Below are positions 1 through 11,699 of a DNA stretch of 60,500 bases, piece after piece (position 1 is the stretch's first letter; every line of letters starts with the position of its first letter). This stretch comes from Octopus bimaculoides (Eukaryota). The notes below the pieces were generated by a model, which was not told where the DNA came from, did no database searches, and saw only the letters and a program-made list of their open reading frames with translations. Position numbers and translations under genes: made by a program. The stretch covers positions 20,397,642-20,458,141 of the forward strand of contig NC_068989.1 in NCBI RefSeq assembly GCF_001194135.2. Reading direction: 5' to 3'.

Positions 1-853
1 GCCCTCTGACCGCTAAACAAAAACAACAACAACAACAACAACAACAGAAGCAACTACCAAATACCCCCAACAGAAAAACTTTACTACCAACACCACCAGC
101 AACACAAAAACAACATCAAAACAAACAACCACCCACGCACAACACCGCCAAAACACATTAAAAATTATCATGTATCACTTGCATTGCACCACAAAATAAA
201 ATCCCTCTACCCCAACTCGGTAGGGGGATGTCAAAAATATTTTCATGTCTACTATCTTAATTTTCATTTTGCAAGAAAGTTTCTTGTTAGTTTTGGTTAC
301 ATATATAAAACACCTATTATTTAAATTCAAAAAATATTTAACAAATGTATTTTTCCATCTGAAGAAATAGTTGGTTTGCGTTTCTATCATATAATACAAT
401 TTATATTTGATTTATGTGTTATTATTGGCCATAATGCCTGATGCATCCGCTGAGTCACATATGAATATGTGCACAAGTGTTTTGTCTGTTTGTATGTGTG
501 TGTGTCTGTGTGCGTGTGCATCTGTATAAGTAAAACGAAGAGATACTTGAAAATTTAATCACATGTCATTTTGAAATGAAATGATGTAGTATGTTGAATC
601 AAATGTATACTATAAGGTATCTGAAAATAAAAAAATACATCTAAAAATATATCTAAATTATACTACTGATATAAAACAACACGAAATCACACTGAACAGC
701 AACGAACATGTACATCCGAGAACAAACTACAAGCAACATATTTAGGTTGTTCAGGCATATGATATCGAAACTATGGAGATAGAGAGCTGATGAGAGCTAC
801 ATTTTCGTATGTTCCGTCTGTTTCGATACTGATATCCAATGCCTCATTCTCAT

Positions 854-894
<41 letters not shown>

Positions 895-900
895 CACACA

Positions 901-2168
901 CAAGGTGCATTCCAGAAATTTGAAGACTCTTTCCGCAGGGCCATTTATTAATTTAATTTCAAAGGAGTACGAAACTCTGAGCTCCTTCAAACTAGGATCT
1001 TCTGATTTCAATGCACTTGTAGCTCTCCAGCCATTTCATGAAGGCCCCTTGGAAACTTTCCAAAGTGAAAGTGTCTAGGATCATTGTCACAGCCTGTTTC
1101 ATTTTCTCAAAATCTTAAAAACGACTGCACCCGAGGTTCTCCCTGGGATTGGGGAACAACCCAAAGTCACGGGGAGCAACACCTGGACTGTAAGGAGAGT
1201 AAGAGATAGTTTTGATGTATATCACTGTCAAGTATTTGGTTACCAGGATAGAATTGTGGATTGGCACATTGTTCTGATGCAGGTGTCACCAATCCGAGTG
1301 GAAGAGCTCTGGCCTTTTGTCACAAAATCTCTTCATGAACTGCCTCAAAACCTCCACAAAATACTCTGTCGACCGTCTGGTCAGAAGGAATCCACTAGAC
1401 ATAGATGATACCCTTGCAGTCGAAAAAAAGTGATTATCAAGACCTTCTCGGTGGACTTGCTTTCCTGACATTCTTGAATCTGGGGGGAGCCACGATACTT
1501 CCATTGGGTACTTTGTCCCTTGGTGTCTGGATCATAACTGCCACTAAGAGACTCATGTCTTCTTAGATTGAAGGAAATGAGCTTAAATTTCTATCACCAA
1601 AAAAGTATCTTTCCTTCTGTTCGTCACTGAGTACCCTGGGAACAAATTTTGCACAAATTTGCACAAATTTTGCGCATACTCAGATCTTCATGTATAATTT
1701 TGTGTACATTTGGCACCAACTCCAAACTGTATGCTTATTGTTTTTTATAAATATACAATAGTATTCATCCCAAAAATTGCGAATTTTCTCAATTTGCCCA
1801 GATGTTCTGTCGTCCCTCTCCCCCTGCACTTCTTATCGTCTCTCACTTGCTCTCTAACGTCCTTGAACCTCTTGTGCCAGCAAAAAACTTTCAACTCACA
1901 CAAGTTAATCTATGAGCAGTCTCGATAATTTCATAAATTTCTGTAGCGCTGTAGCGTTTTTGTTCCATTTAACACAAACGTTTATTGCATAATGAGTTTC
2001 CAAATTGTCAACACATCCACACTATGTTCTACAAACTAGTCATCTGTGATACAGCTGTCTCCTCCAATCTGAAAGAAAAATATTGGCAGACCAGTTTATT
2101 AGATATATAAAATTACAATAACCTACTTCACCTAACAAAATATCTCAAACCATCTGGAATGCACCTCT
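901..2168 (-). mobile_element. Full-length decayed mariner DNA transposon
   Basis: Imperfect TIRs (left CAAGGTGCATTCCAGA at 901; right end reverse-complements to AGAGGTGCATTCCAGA) with TA at 2169-2170. Minus-strand translation gives frameshifted mariner motifs: EYFVEVLRQFMKRFCDKRPELF, W*HLHQNNVPIHNSILVTKYLT, SPYSPGVAPRDFGLFP (cf. YSPDLAPCDF). Confidence 0.9.
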
Positions 2169-2182
2169 TACACACTCACCCG

Positions 2183-2198
2183 CACACACACACATATG

Positions 2199-2274
<76 letters not shown>

Positions 2275-2389
2275 CACATACACATACATGCACAAACACA
2301 TGCACACACACATGCGCGCGCGGACGCACACACAGGCACACACACAAACACACACACACACAGACACAACCACCCAGTCACCCACACAT

Positions 2390-2420
<31 letters not shown>
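2183..2420. repeat. Compound (CA)n/(TA)n microsatellite
   Basis: Direct inspection; explains the HT/CV-repeat ORFs in the track. Confidence 0.95.
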
Positions 2421-2424
<4 letters not shown>

Positions 2425-3984
2425 ATTACTGTATTTCACGGCGTCGAAGACGATACTTTTTCCTAAAATAAGTCTTGGAAATCTACCATACGTCCTGAAA
2501 GGTGCATTTTTCATAGGCATATCCTAACTCCAGAGGAAAATTACCTATGCTAGACAGTAACCTGAACCCCTGTATATGACTGCTCAGTGAAGTGTATAAA
2601 TTATACTTTGTTAAAGTAGTAAATAAACAAACGAATCATAACTATTCTTTAAATATACGCAATAATAAATATTCATTTCCGTATGGGTAGTGTAAGTTAG
2701 ACGAGACAACTGACGAGAGATATTTTACATGTGTATCTATATTTCCGGTATGGTCACTCTCTTCTAACAACTTGATTTTAAGGGAACATTATTAAGTGTC
2801 GAAAGAAGTAAAACTGCAATATGTTAAGAGGATTTACAAGCAAATATTAATGACAACACTCTCGTAATCACTTACTCTCTGTGAGCAACATAAGCTTCCT
2901 CCTTGATCTCTGAAAGTCATGGTTTTAGCCAGTTCAAACCTGCGCCTACTGATGTTAGGAGTGATCCGCAATTTTAGATTTTACTTAAAATGTTTAGCAC
3001 AACCGTTATTATGGCAACCTCAAGCAGAAAATAATCTTACGCAATTGGCTCCAGCCTACAAGTGATTGAATATGTTAAACAGCATGGCAATAGGGCTGCA
3101 GAGAGGTATTTTGGAGCACCGCCAACTGAGAAAATGATCCGCTACTGGAAGAATCAAGAAGACCTGTTGAAGCCTGCATCAAGACTTAAACATAACCTGC
3201 ATCAGACTGCAGCCAAGTGGCCAGAACTGGAGCAAGAGATGGAGTGGATAGCTGCGGAGAGAAATTCGGGTCTTGCAGTATTAATACAAATGATTATTAA
3301 TGAATCAAAAATGAGGGCAGTAGCACGAGGTCTGGATGATTTTCGTGGCATATCAAGCTGGTGCTACAAATTTATGAAGAGGCAATGAGAATGAAAACAA
3401 GAATAACACAAAAAATGCCTGAAGATTATGATAACAAAATAATCGAATTTCACAGTTTCATAATCAGAGTGAGAAAAGAGACTGACTACGAACTGGATCA
3501 TATTGGAAACATGGATGAGGTGTCACTAACGTTTGATGTGATATTAAATACAACAGTGGATATTAAAGGGTCCTAAACCGTAAGTGTAAAGACCTCTGGA
3601 CATGAGAAAACCCATTATACTGCGGTACTATCGTGTTGCGGTGATGGAACAAAACTTTCACCACTGCTTATTTTCAAGGGGAAAAGGGGTAGATTAATGA
3701 AAAAGGAGTGAAGTTATGGCTAGATAAGGTGTGGTCAAGGAGTTCCGGTGGCCTCCTTAAAAAACATCCTTCCTGTGCGGGACCAGTTTCGTGCCCACAA
3801 AACAAAGGCAGTGATCCCAGGTGGTTTAACAATCCAATTACAACCACTGGACGTATCAATCAACAAGCCTTTTAAGGCATTTCTGAAAGAAGTGTGGAAT
3901 CAGTAGATGAGAGCCAAGGACAATGACTTAACACCGACCGGTGGTTTAAAAAGGCTAAGAATTGCTTAGGTGTGTGAGAGTGGG

Positions 3985-4026
3985 TTAGGGTTAGGGTTAG
4001 GGTTAGGGTTAGGGTTAGGGTTAGGG
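3985..4026 (+). repeat. Interstitial telomeric repeat (TTAGGG)7
   Basis: Seven perfect TTAGGG units flanked by identical 19-mers TTAGGTGTGTGAGAGTGGG (3966-3984 and 4027-4045). Confidence 0.95.
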
Positions 4027-4115
4027 TTAGGTGTGTGAGAGTGGGTCCAGAAATCATGGAACGTTGTGAAAATTGAATTAGAAGTAAAAGCTTTTAAAAA
4101 TGTGACATCAGTAAT

Positions 4116-4526
4116 ACTCTTTTTTTTTTACTTGTTTCAGCCATTTGACTGTGGCTCTGCAGGAGCACCGCCTTTAGTCGAGCAAATCGACCCCAAGACT
4201 TATTCTTTGTAAGCCTAGAACTTATTCAATCGGTCTCTTTTTGCCGAACCGCTAAGTTACGGGGACGTAAACACACCAGCATCGGTTGTCAAGCGATGGT
4301 GGGGGGACAAACACAGACACACAAACACACATACATAAATATATATATATATACATATATACGACGGGCTTCTTTCAGTTTCCGTCTACCAAATCCACTC
4401 ACAAGGATTTGGTCGGCCCGAGGCTATAGTAGAAGACATTTGCCCAAGGTGCCACGCACTGGGACTGAACCCGGAACCATGTGGTTGGTAAGCAAGCTAC
4501 TTACCACACAGCCACTCCTGCGCCTA
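4116..4526 (-). mobile_element. tRNA-derived SINE, full length, inserted in the pogo ORF
   Basis: Minus-strand head TAGGCGCAGGAGTGGCTGTGTGGTAAG (A box) and GGTTCAGTCCC (B box); internal CA/TA tract; A-rich tail; TAAT duplicated at 4112-4115 and 4527-4530; related copies elsewhere in the window. Confidence 0.92.
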
Positions 4527-5213
4527 TAATGCATTAGATGGCACAGAAAATGACATTCTGTTTGAAGATAGTGACACTTCGGACAGTATCGACGACCCTG
4601 ATGATTTTTCTGGTTTTGGGGCTATGGATGACTGCAGTCAGTTTTCAGGAGTGAAATATTTCCCTTATATTCGTAGGTTTAATAATTACATACTTTTCAA
4701 TCTTTTTCCATTGTAACTTAATTGTAACGCTTGTTTTGCTATGTCCATGTGAAATTTTTACAAATGGTAATAACGTGAAATATTTTCAGGATTTGAAGAT
4801 TAAAATATGTTTTCTTATTTGTAATATTTTAACTGTGCAGATTTTAATCTCTGTTCTGTTTTTATCTTGTGCTATTTGGGATGTTATGTTTGCGTGCTAC
4901 TTCTATAAATGGTAGCAACAAGCTAAATCAGGATTTTATGATTGAAATATTTTTTATTGTGTAGATTTTACTGTAATCTTTATTTTATTTATATTTTGTT
5001 CTATTGGGATGTCATGCTCCTGTGGTAATTTTACAAAGTGTAACTGTGGAATAAAATATTATTCCGTATTTCTCGTAATAATTTTCCTATTGTAGAGTTT
5101 AGTTTTTCCTCTGACTAGGACAAAAAATACCGTATATGTTTACATCCAATACTAACAACATCATAAAATACTGCACCAGCTGTAGCCCCGTCCAATTGCA
5201 TTAACTTAGCGAT

Positions 5214-5243
5214 CAGTCAATCAATCAATCAATCAATCAATCA

Positions 5244-5287
<44 letters not shown>

Positions 5288-5355
5288 GTCTGTCCGCCTG
5301 TCTGTCTGTCCGTCTGTCCGTCTGTCCGTCTGTCCGTCCGTCCGTCCGTCTGTCC

Positions 5356-5407
<52 letters not shown>

Positions 5408-5408
5408 G
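5214..5408. repeat. Compound tetranucleotide microsatellite (TCAA)n(TCTA)n(TCCG/TCTG)n next to an N gap
   Basis: Direct inspection. Confidence 0.95.
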
Positions 5409-6059
5409 NNNNNNNNNNNNNNNNNNNNNNNNNNNNNNNNNNNNNNNNNNNNNNNNNNNNNNNNNNNNNNNNNNNNNNNNNNNNNNNNNNNNNNNNNNNN
5501 NNNNNNNNNNNNNNNNNNNNNNNNNNNNNNNNNNNNNNNNNNNNNNNNNNNNNNNNNNNNNNNNNNNNNNNNNNNNNNNNNNNNNNNNNNNNNNNNNNNN
5601 NNNNNNNNNNNNNNNNNNNNNNNNNNNNNNNNNNNNNNNNNNNNNNNNNNNNNNNNNNNNNNNNNNNNNNNNNNNNNNNNNNNNNNNNNNNNNNNNNNNN
5701 NNNNNNNNNNNNNNNNNNNNNNNNNNNNNNNNNNNNNNNNNNNNNNNNNNNNNNNNNNNNNNNNNNNNNNNNNNNNNNNNNNNNNNNNNNNNNNNNNNNN
5801 NNNNNNNNNNNNNNNNNNNNNNNNNNNNNNNNNNNNNNNNNNNNNNNNNNNNNNNNNNNNNNNNNNNNNNNNNNNNNNNNNNNNNNNNNNNNNNNNNNNN
5901 NNNNNNNNNNNNNNNNNNNNNNNNNNNNNNNNNNNNNNNNNNNNNNNNNNNNNNNNNNNNNNNNNNNNNNNNNNNNNNNNNNNNNNNNNNNNNNNNNNNN
6001 NNNNNNNNNNNNNNNNNNNNNNNNNNNNNNNNNNNNNNNNNNATATATATATATATATA

Positions 6060-6950
6060 ATAATATAAAGAAACCCAAAGAGTAAGATAATTCGAGAGAC
6101 AGTTCTAATAATTCTGATGCGACTCTGTATTCTTCCTATTACTCTTTTGTTTTTCTCTCTTTCTCTTCCTTTTCTTTCTCTAATTCTTTCTACCACTATT
6201 CTATCCTTTTACTCTATCCTTTTACTCTTTCTTTTCTCTCTTCCTTTCTCTTATTCTTTTACCTCCTCTTCTCCCACCATTCTATCCTCTTACTCTTTCG
6301 TTTTCTCCCTTCTTTTCTGCTATTCTTTTAGTTCATCTTTTCCCACTATTCTATCCTTTTACTTCTTCCTTTTCACTCTTCCTTTCTCTTATTCTTTTAC
6401 CTCCCCTTCTCCCTCTATTTTTCCCTCTTATCCTATCTCCAAATCTTTTCCTCTCCCCTTCACAGTTCTCTGTCTGTCACTCTTTCTCCCTCACTCGTCA
6501 TCCTTTGCTCACATGGCTCCCACGTGACCATCGGCCATTTTTCTTTCTTCTCCTAACTTGTGTTTCATTCTTTCTTCCTGTTGCAGCTGTACAAGGAAGA
6601 CGTATTCTTGTCGGTCTCCTGTCCAAGCTTGTTTCTTTGTGTTCGCCACCACAACCTCCTTTAGGCTTAGCAGCCCTTCCTGTTTGTTTTCACTGTCCTG
6701 TTTTGTCACTAATTTTGACCCTCCACAAAATCCCAAATTTAATTTAATTTGCGAGAGCAACTGTTTTATCGACGGCGTATCTTATCGCGAATTGCTCGAA
6801 ATATAGATTAGAAAAACAGCCTGATGAAGGGCCGTTCTTTGTGTTGATTATCTTGTTTTCTTTCGTTGTTCGCAAATAAAACTCATATTCGATGTCCTCA
6901 TAATTCTTATTTTTGTTGTTTACGTTTTGTGACGTCCTGTGCCCACATAT
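6060..6950 (+). mobile_element. Probable Penelope-like element 3' tail/pLTR remnant
   Basis: Long pyrimidine-rich low-complexity tract followed by CCTGATGAAGG (6820), an arrangement similar to 57350-58120; no clear ORF. Confidence 0.4.
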
Positions 6951-7870
6951 GCAAATGTTTATACGTATACATGTAAGTATGTACCAACACGTATGTATAT
7001 ATACATATATATATACTGTGTGCGTTTATGTATATATANNNNNNNNNNNNNNNNNNNNNNNNNNNNNNNNNNNNNNNNNNNNNNNNNNNNNNNNNNNNNN
7101 NNNNNNNNNNNNNNNNNNNNNNNNNNNNNNNNNNNNNNNNNNNNNNNNNNNNNNNNNNNNNNNNNNNNNNNNNNNNNNNNNNNNNNNNNNNNNNNNNNNN
7201 NNNNNNNNNNNNNNNNNNNNNNNNNNNNNNNNNNNNNNNNNNNNNNNNNNNNNNNNNNNNNNNNNNNNNNNNNNNNNNNNNNNNNNNNNNNNNNNNNNNN
7301 NNNNNNNNNNNNNNNNNNNNNNNNNNNNNNNNNNNNNNNNNNNNNNNNNNNNNNNNNNNNNNNNNNNNNNNNNNNNNNNNNNNNNNNNNNNNNNNNNNNN
7401 NNNNNNNNNNNNNNNNNNNNNNNNNNNNNNNNNNNNNNNNNNNNNNNNNNNNNNNNNNNNNNNNNNNNNNNNNNNNNNNNNNNNNNNNNNNNNNNNNNNN
7501 NNNNNNNNNNNNNNNNNNNNNNNNNNNNNNNNNNNNNNNNNNNNNNNNNNNNNNNNNNNNNNNNNNNNNNNNNNNNNNNNNNNNNNNNNNNNNNNNNNNN
7601 NNNNNNNNNNNNNNNNNNNNNNNNNNNNNNNNNNNNNNNNNNNNNNNNNNNNNNNNNNNNNNNNNNNNNNNNNNNNNNNNNNNNNNNNNNNNNNNNNNNN
7701 NNNNNNNNNNNNNNNNNNNNNNNNNNNNNNNNNNNNNNNNNNNNNNNNNNNNNNNNNNNNNNNNNNNNNNNNNNNNNNNNNNNNNNNNNNNNNNNNNNNN
7801 NNNNNNNNNNNNNNNNNNNNNNNNNNNNNNNNNNNNNNNNNNNNNNNNNNNTCTCTCTCTCTCTCTCTCT

Positions 7871-7911
<41 letters not shown>

Positions 7912-8956
7912 TACATAAAACTTGGTGTCCTTTTACGATGTGTCAATCAAATGTGATCCAGTCACTTATGACGTGAATTAGGACGGCATAACCTATATTG
8001 AATTTGGCTCCAAGTTTAGCACTTCCGTTTGTGAGCTTAGTTTTCCTGTTTCCAAATATTATAATTATCAATAATTTCTACCTTCTCACCTCTTCTATTT
8101 TTGTCGCAACATTATTTCTGGAATTTTTATTTACAGACTTAAGCACATTAAACACCAAGAATCAAAACTGCAAGATGATGAGCGTATCCATTCTTAGCGC
8201 GCTTCGGCAGATTTGATCATGTATATCCTAATCGTTGTTCAATATCGCTTTCAGAAAAAAACTTCTCTATTCAGACGGTGTGTTTTGCAAGCATGCCTGA
8301 GCAAATAATTTGTGTTCTGAATTTTCTAAACAAGAACCGTATTTGAAATTTCCAAGTGTAGCTGTAACAGAGGAGTCACAGTGAGATCGAAACACGGGTG
8401 TATCAAAGTGCCCTGCGTTGCTGCATCAAGTGTGCTGTCAACACATCAGCTGAAAGAAGGTGTTCTCCAAAATATAAATACACCACCGATTTGCATATTC
8501 AAGTTGAAATCAGTCGGAAAGTGTTGATAAATGTATATCATTGTTTTAATTCTCGCTGATTTGTGTACTTATGACTATTTGTGAACCAAATTATTATTTT
8601 GGGAATATATAACTATTATATGGTTTCCCAAAGTTACAGAATTCATATACTTAAAACTGTAATATATGTTAAATACAACCATATGTTCATAACTTTGCAT
8701 ATATTTTCTCGGTTTACTGAGTACGTATTAACAGTTAAATCAACTCAGCTTGGCTTTTGTTAATAGAGAATAGGCAGAAATCTTTTGAAAATGTTCAAAA
8801 CAACTTCGAAGTTGATACAATACCGTTTTGAAATATCAGGCTGTGTACAATACTTTGTACATGAATATCTTCATAAATTTCGATATGTTAAGCTTTGTCA
8901 TAGTATCATAGTACCCCATTTGTCACTTTGCTTCGATTATGTTCTCTTGAATGCAC

Positions 8957-8958
<2 letters not shown>

Positions 8959-9030
<72 letters not shown>
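8959..9030. repeat. (TCTA)n microsatellite
   Basis: Direct inspection. Confidence 0.95.
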
Positions 9031-9031
<1 letters not shown>

Positions 9032-9183
9032 ATGCATATATAAGTATGCATATATGTATATAAGGAATATATATAATGCATATGTACTTATATAATGAAT
9101 ATAGACAAACATAGACGTAATGCGCATATATGAATAGATCTATGTATAAATACATATATAGAAGAACCACAGAAGTGGGGTTC

Positions 9184-9270
9184 AATACACATAACATCTA
9201 TTTCGGTAGCATTTTATTGATGCATTCTTAGATTACGTCATCACAAAACTCCGCCATCATCAAGTACATT
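9184..9270 (-). ncRNA. Degenerate hammerhead-like motif with long helix II
   Basis: Minus: AAUGUAC-UUGAUGA-U-GGCGG...UGAUG/CAUCA...CUACC-GAAA-UAGAUGUUAU-GUGUAUU. Helix I pairs over 7 positions (two G-U); C3 and the UH site are non-canonical. Confidence 0.4.
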
Positions 9271-10317
9271 TTAAACACATAAACTAGTAAGATAGGAACA
9301 GAAGGTGACAAGTTAACCAACCGCCCTGGTGAAACAAGTGTTATTTTGAGAAAGTACAATAGAAATTATAGAATAAATGAGGTAAATACACGGAAGGCAA
9401 CTAGATTAAATCCATCCTATGTTTCAAGTTGTTATCTTAATTAGTTTATAGTTTTGACCGTTCAGTAGGAATCATGGTCGTATAAAAGAAAAAAAGCAAC
9501 AACAAAACAAAGAGTATAGGCAAAAGCTTGGTTCAGATAAAACGTCAAACCAAGGAACAGACGCGTACATATAAGACATATTCATTAGATTATAATATTT
9601 TAATATAGGAATTAGCACTGTACATACGCTTACACATCTTCCATCTAGTTTGTATATATACATATATGAGAACTTCAAGACATACTCACATTCGCATGCA
9701 CACGCACTCACGTTCATATATAGCCGTACAGTCATATATACAGATATATAGATATACCTACGCATGTGTGTGCGCGCATATATACATACATACGTATATA
9801 TATATATATATNNNNNNNNNNNNNNNNNNNNNNNNNNNNNNNNNNNNNNNNNNNNNNNNNNNNNNNNNNNNNNNNNNNNNNNNNNNNNNNNNNNNNNNNN
9901 NNNNNNNNNNNNNNNNNNNNNNNNNNNNNNNNNNNNNNNNNNNNNNNNNNNNNNNNNNNNNNNNNNNNNNNNNNNNNNNNNNNNNNNNNNNNNNNNNNNN
10001 NNNNNNNNNNNNNNNNNNNNNNNNNNNNNNNNNNNNNNNNNNNNNNNNNNNNNNNNNNNNNNNNNNNNNNNNNNNNNNNNNNNNNNNNNNNNNNNNNNNN
10101 NNNNNNNNNNNNNNNNNNNNNNNNNNNNNNNNNNNNNNNNNNNNNNNNNNNNNNNNNNNNNNNNNNNNNNNNNNNNNNNNNNNNNNNNNNNNNNNNNNNN
10201 NNNNNNNNNNNNNNNNNNNNNNNNNNNNNNNNNNNNNNNNNNNNNNNNNNNNNNNNNNNNNNNNNNNNNNNNNNNNNNTATATAAGTATATAATTATAAA
10301 AAAATAACTATGATTAA

Positions 10318-10938
10318 GGGCTCTGGAATGCCAGCGCCTATACATCAAAAGTAGATGTCAAATACCCACAATCCACTCTAAATTAGTTCTCTATTTATAA
10401 CCCTAGATCGGATGTGAAGTAATGGACAAAAAGATTTACAAAATTTCGGATAGTCCTATATCTTAAGATTTCAATGCTTTGCATTAGAAATTACTTTGCA
10501 ATCCTCACTAGAAATACACCGATAAACCTATGAACAAGAAATACATATACATACCGATAGATACCAATATATAGATGGATTTCCCGCGTCTCCATTCTAT
10601 CTGCTAGCCAATCTCGACCATGTGGTTAATGTCAGATATCATACGGTGTAAATACAATCCCGCAGCATAATGTAATGACTAGAGAACTTAAATATTATAC
10701 ATACTTATGAATTAAGAATATAATCATTTATATGTTTATCGGTGTATTTCTACTGTGGATTGCAAAGTAATTTCTAATGCAGAACATGAAATCTTATGAT
10801 ATAGGATTATCCGAAATTTTGTAAGTCTTCTTGCCCATTACCTCGTATCCTAGCTAGGGTTATAAAGGGAGAACCTATTTAGAGTGGATTGTATTTCATA
10901 TCTACTTGTAGCGTATAGGCGCTGACATTCCAGAGCCC
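10318..10938. mobile_element. Non-autonomous fold-back DNA transposon (MITE) with ~220-bp TIRs, TTAA-flanked, Kolobok-like termini
   Basis: TTAA|GGGCTCTGGAATG(C/T)CAGCGCCTATAC...; the arms align by eye through ...AGAAATACACCGATAAAC; TTAA at 10314-10317 and 10939-10942. Confidence 0.85.
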
Positions 10939-11081
10939 TTAATTATAATTACGTTTTATTATTATACACTTAAAATTTAATTTTACCGATACTATCACTT
11001 TTTATATGCTAGCCACTGATATAATCAGTTTACTGATTATATCTTTAATTTATAAGTGTATATATATATATATATTTATAA

Positions 11082-11121
<40 letters not shown>

Positions 11122-11221
11122 ATTTGGGGTTGGTCAATTTGCCAGTTTAACCAATGAAAACACACGCACTATATATTTGCTGTTCCTTTGCTTCAGCTAT
11201 ATTTTATATTAATTGCCTTTA

Positions 11222-11265
11222 GGCCAGAGTTCTTTCGTCAAACTTCTGTGACCTCATCAGTGGCC
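11222..11265 (-). ncRNA. Type I hammerhead ribozyme, intact core
   Basis: Minus: GGCCA-CUGAUGA-G-GUCA(cagaaguu)UGAC-GAAA-gaac-UC-UGGCC. Helix I is 5 bp (plus a G-U), helix II 4 bp, CUC cleavage triplet. Confidence 0.8.
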
Positions 11266-11381
11266 CTTTGCTTTCTTCTTTCTTTTTTGCATTAATTTAA
11301 TTTATTTTGTTTATGTATATAGTTATTTAATTCCATTTATTTATCTGTGTATTGTATTATATTCATATTATNNNNNNNNNN

Positions 11382-11458
<77 letters not shown>
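11382..11458. repeat. (TG)n microsatellite
   Basis: Direct inspection. Confidence 0.95.
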
Positions 11459-11464
<6 letters not shown>

Positions 11465-11699
11465 GTGTGCTAGTGTTCCAGTCTAGCTTTCTATTCAGGC
11501 TAGTTTGTCTTCCATTATGTGTGCAGCTTCCGTAATTTGTCTAAGCGTTGCGTCTGTACTGTGTGTGGACAAGATTTTGACTTCTACATAATTTCTACAC
11601 TGCGTGGTACTGCATTAGGGCATATCGACTACATGGTACTGCATCAGGGCATAGCCACTGCCTAATACTGCATCAGAGCATTCATCATTATTATTATTA

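Larger units (their letters stand above)
2429..5132 (+). mobile_element. pogo-superfamily (POGK/Passer-like) DNA transposon, decayed, carrying two nested insertions
   Basis: ATG at 3011. Brinker-like/CENP-B HTH region (VIEYVKQHGNRAAERYFG...KWPELEQEM) and DDE_1 motifs (IGNMDEVSLTFD, TSGHEKTHYTAVLSCCGDGTKL, VIPGGLTIQLQPLDVSINKPFK, LTPTG, ISN|ALDGTENDILFE). Left end TA-CTGTATTTCACGG; right end AAATACCG-TA is only a weak TIR match, so the right boundary is tentative. Confidence 0.85.

Noticed and set aside
8135-8225. Possible host exon after TTTATTTACAG
   Set aside because: Plausible acceptor but only short peptides (e.g. LKHIKHQESKLQDDERIHS*) with no recognisable homology or partner exons.
11018-11043. 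12-bp perfect hairpin GATATAATCAGT-TT-ACTGATTATATC
   Set aside because: Short and AT-rich; not distinguishable from chance or slippage without more context.
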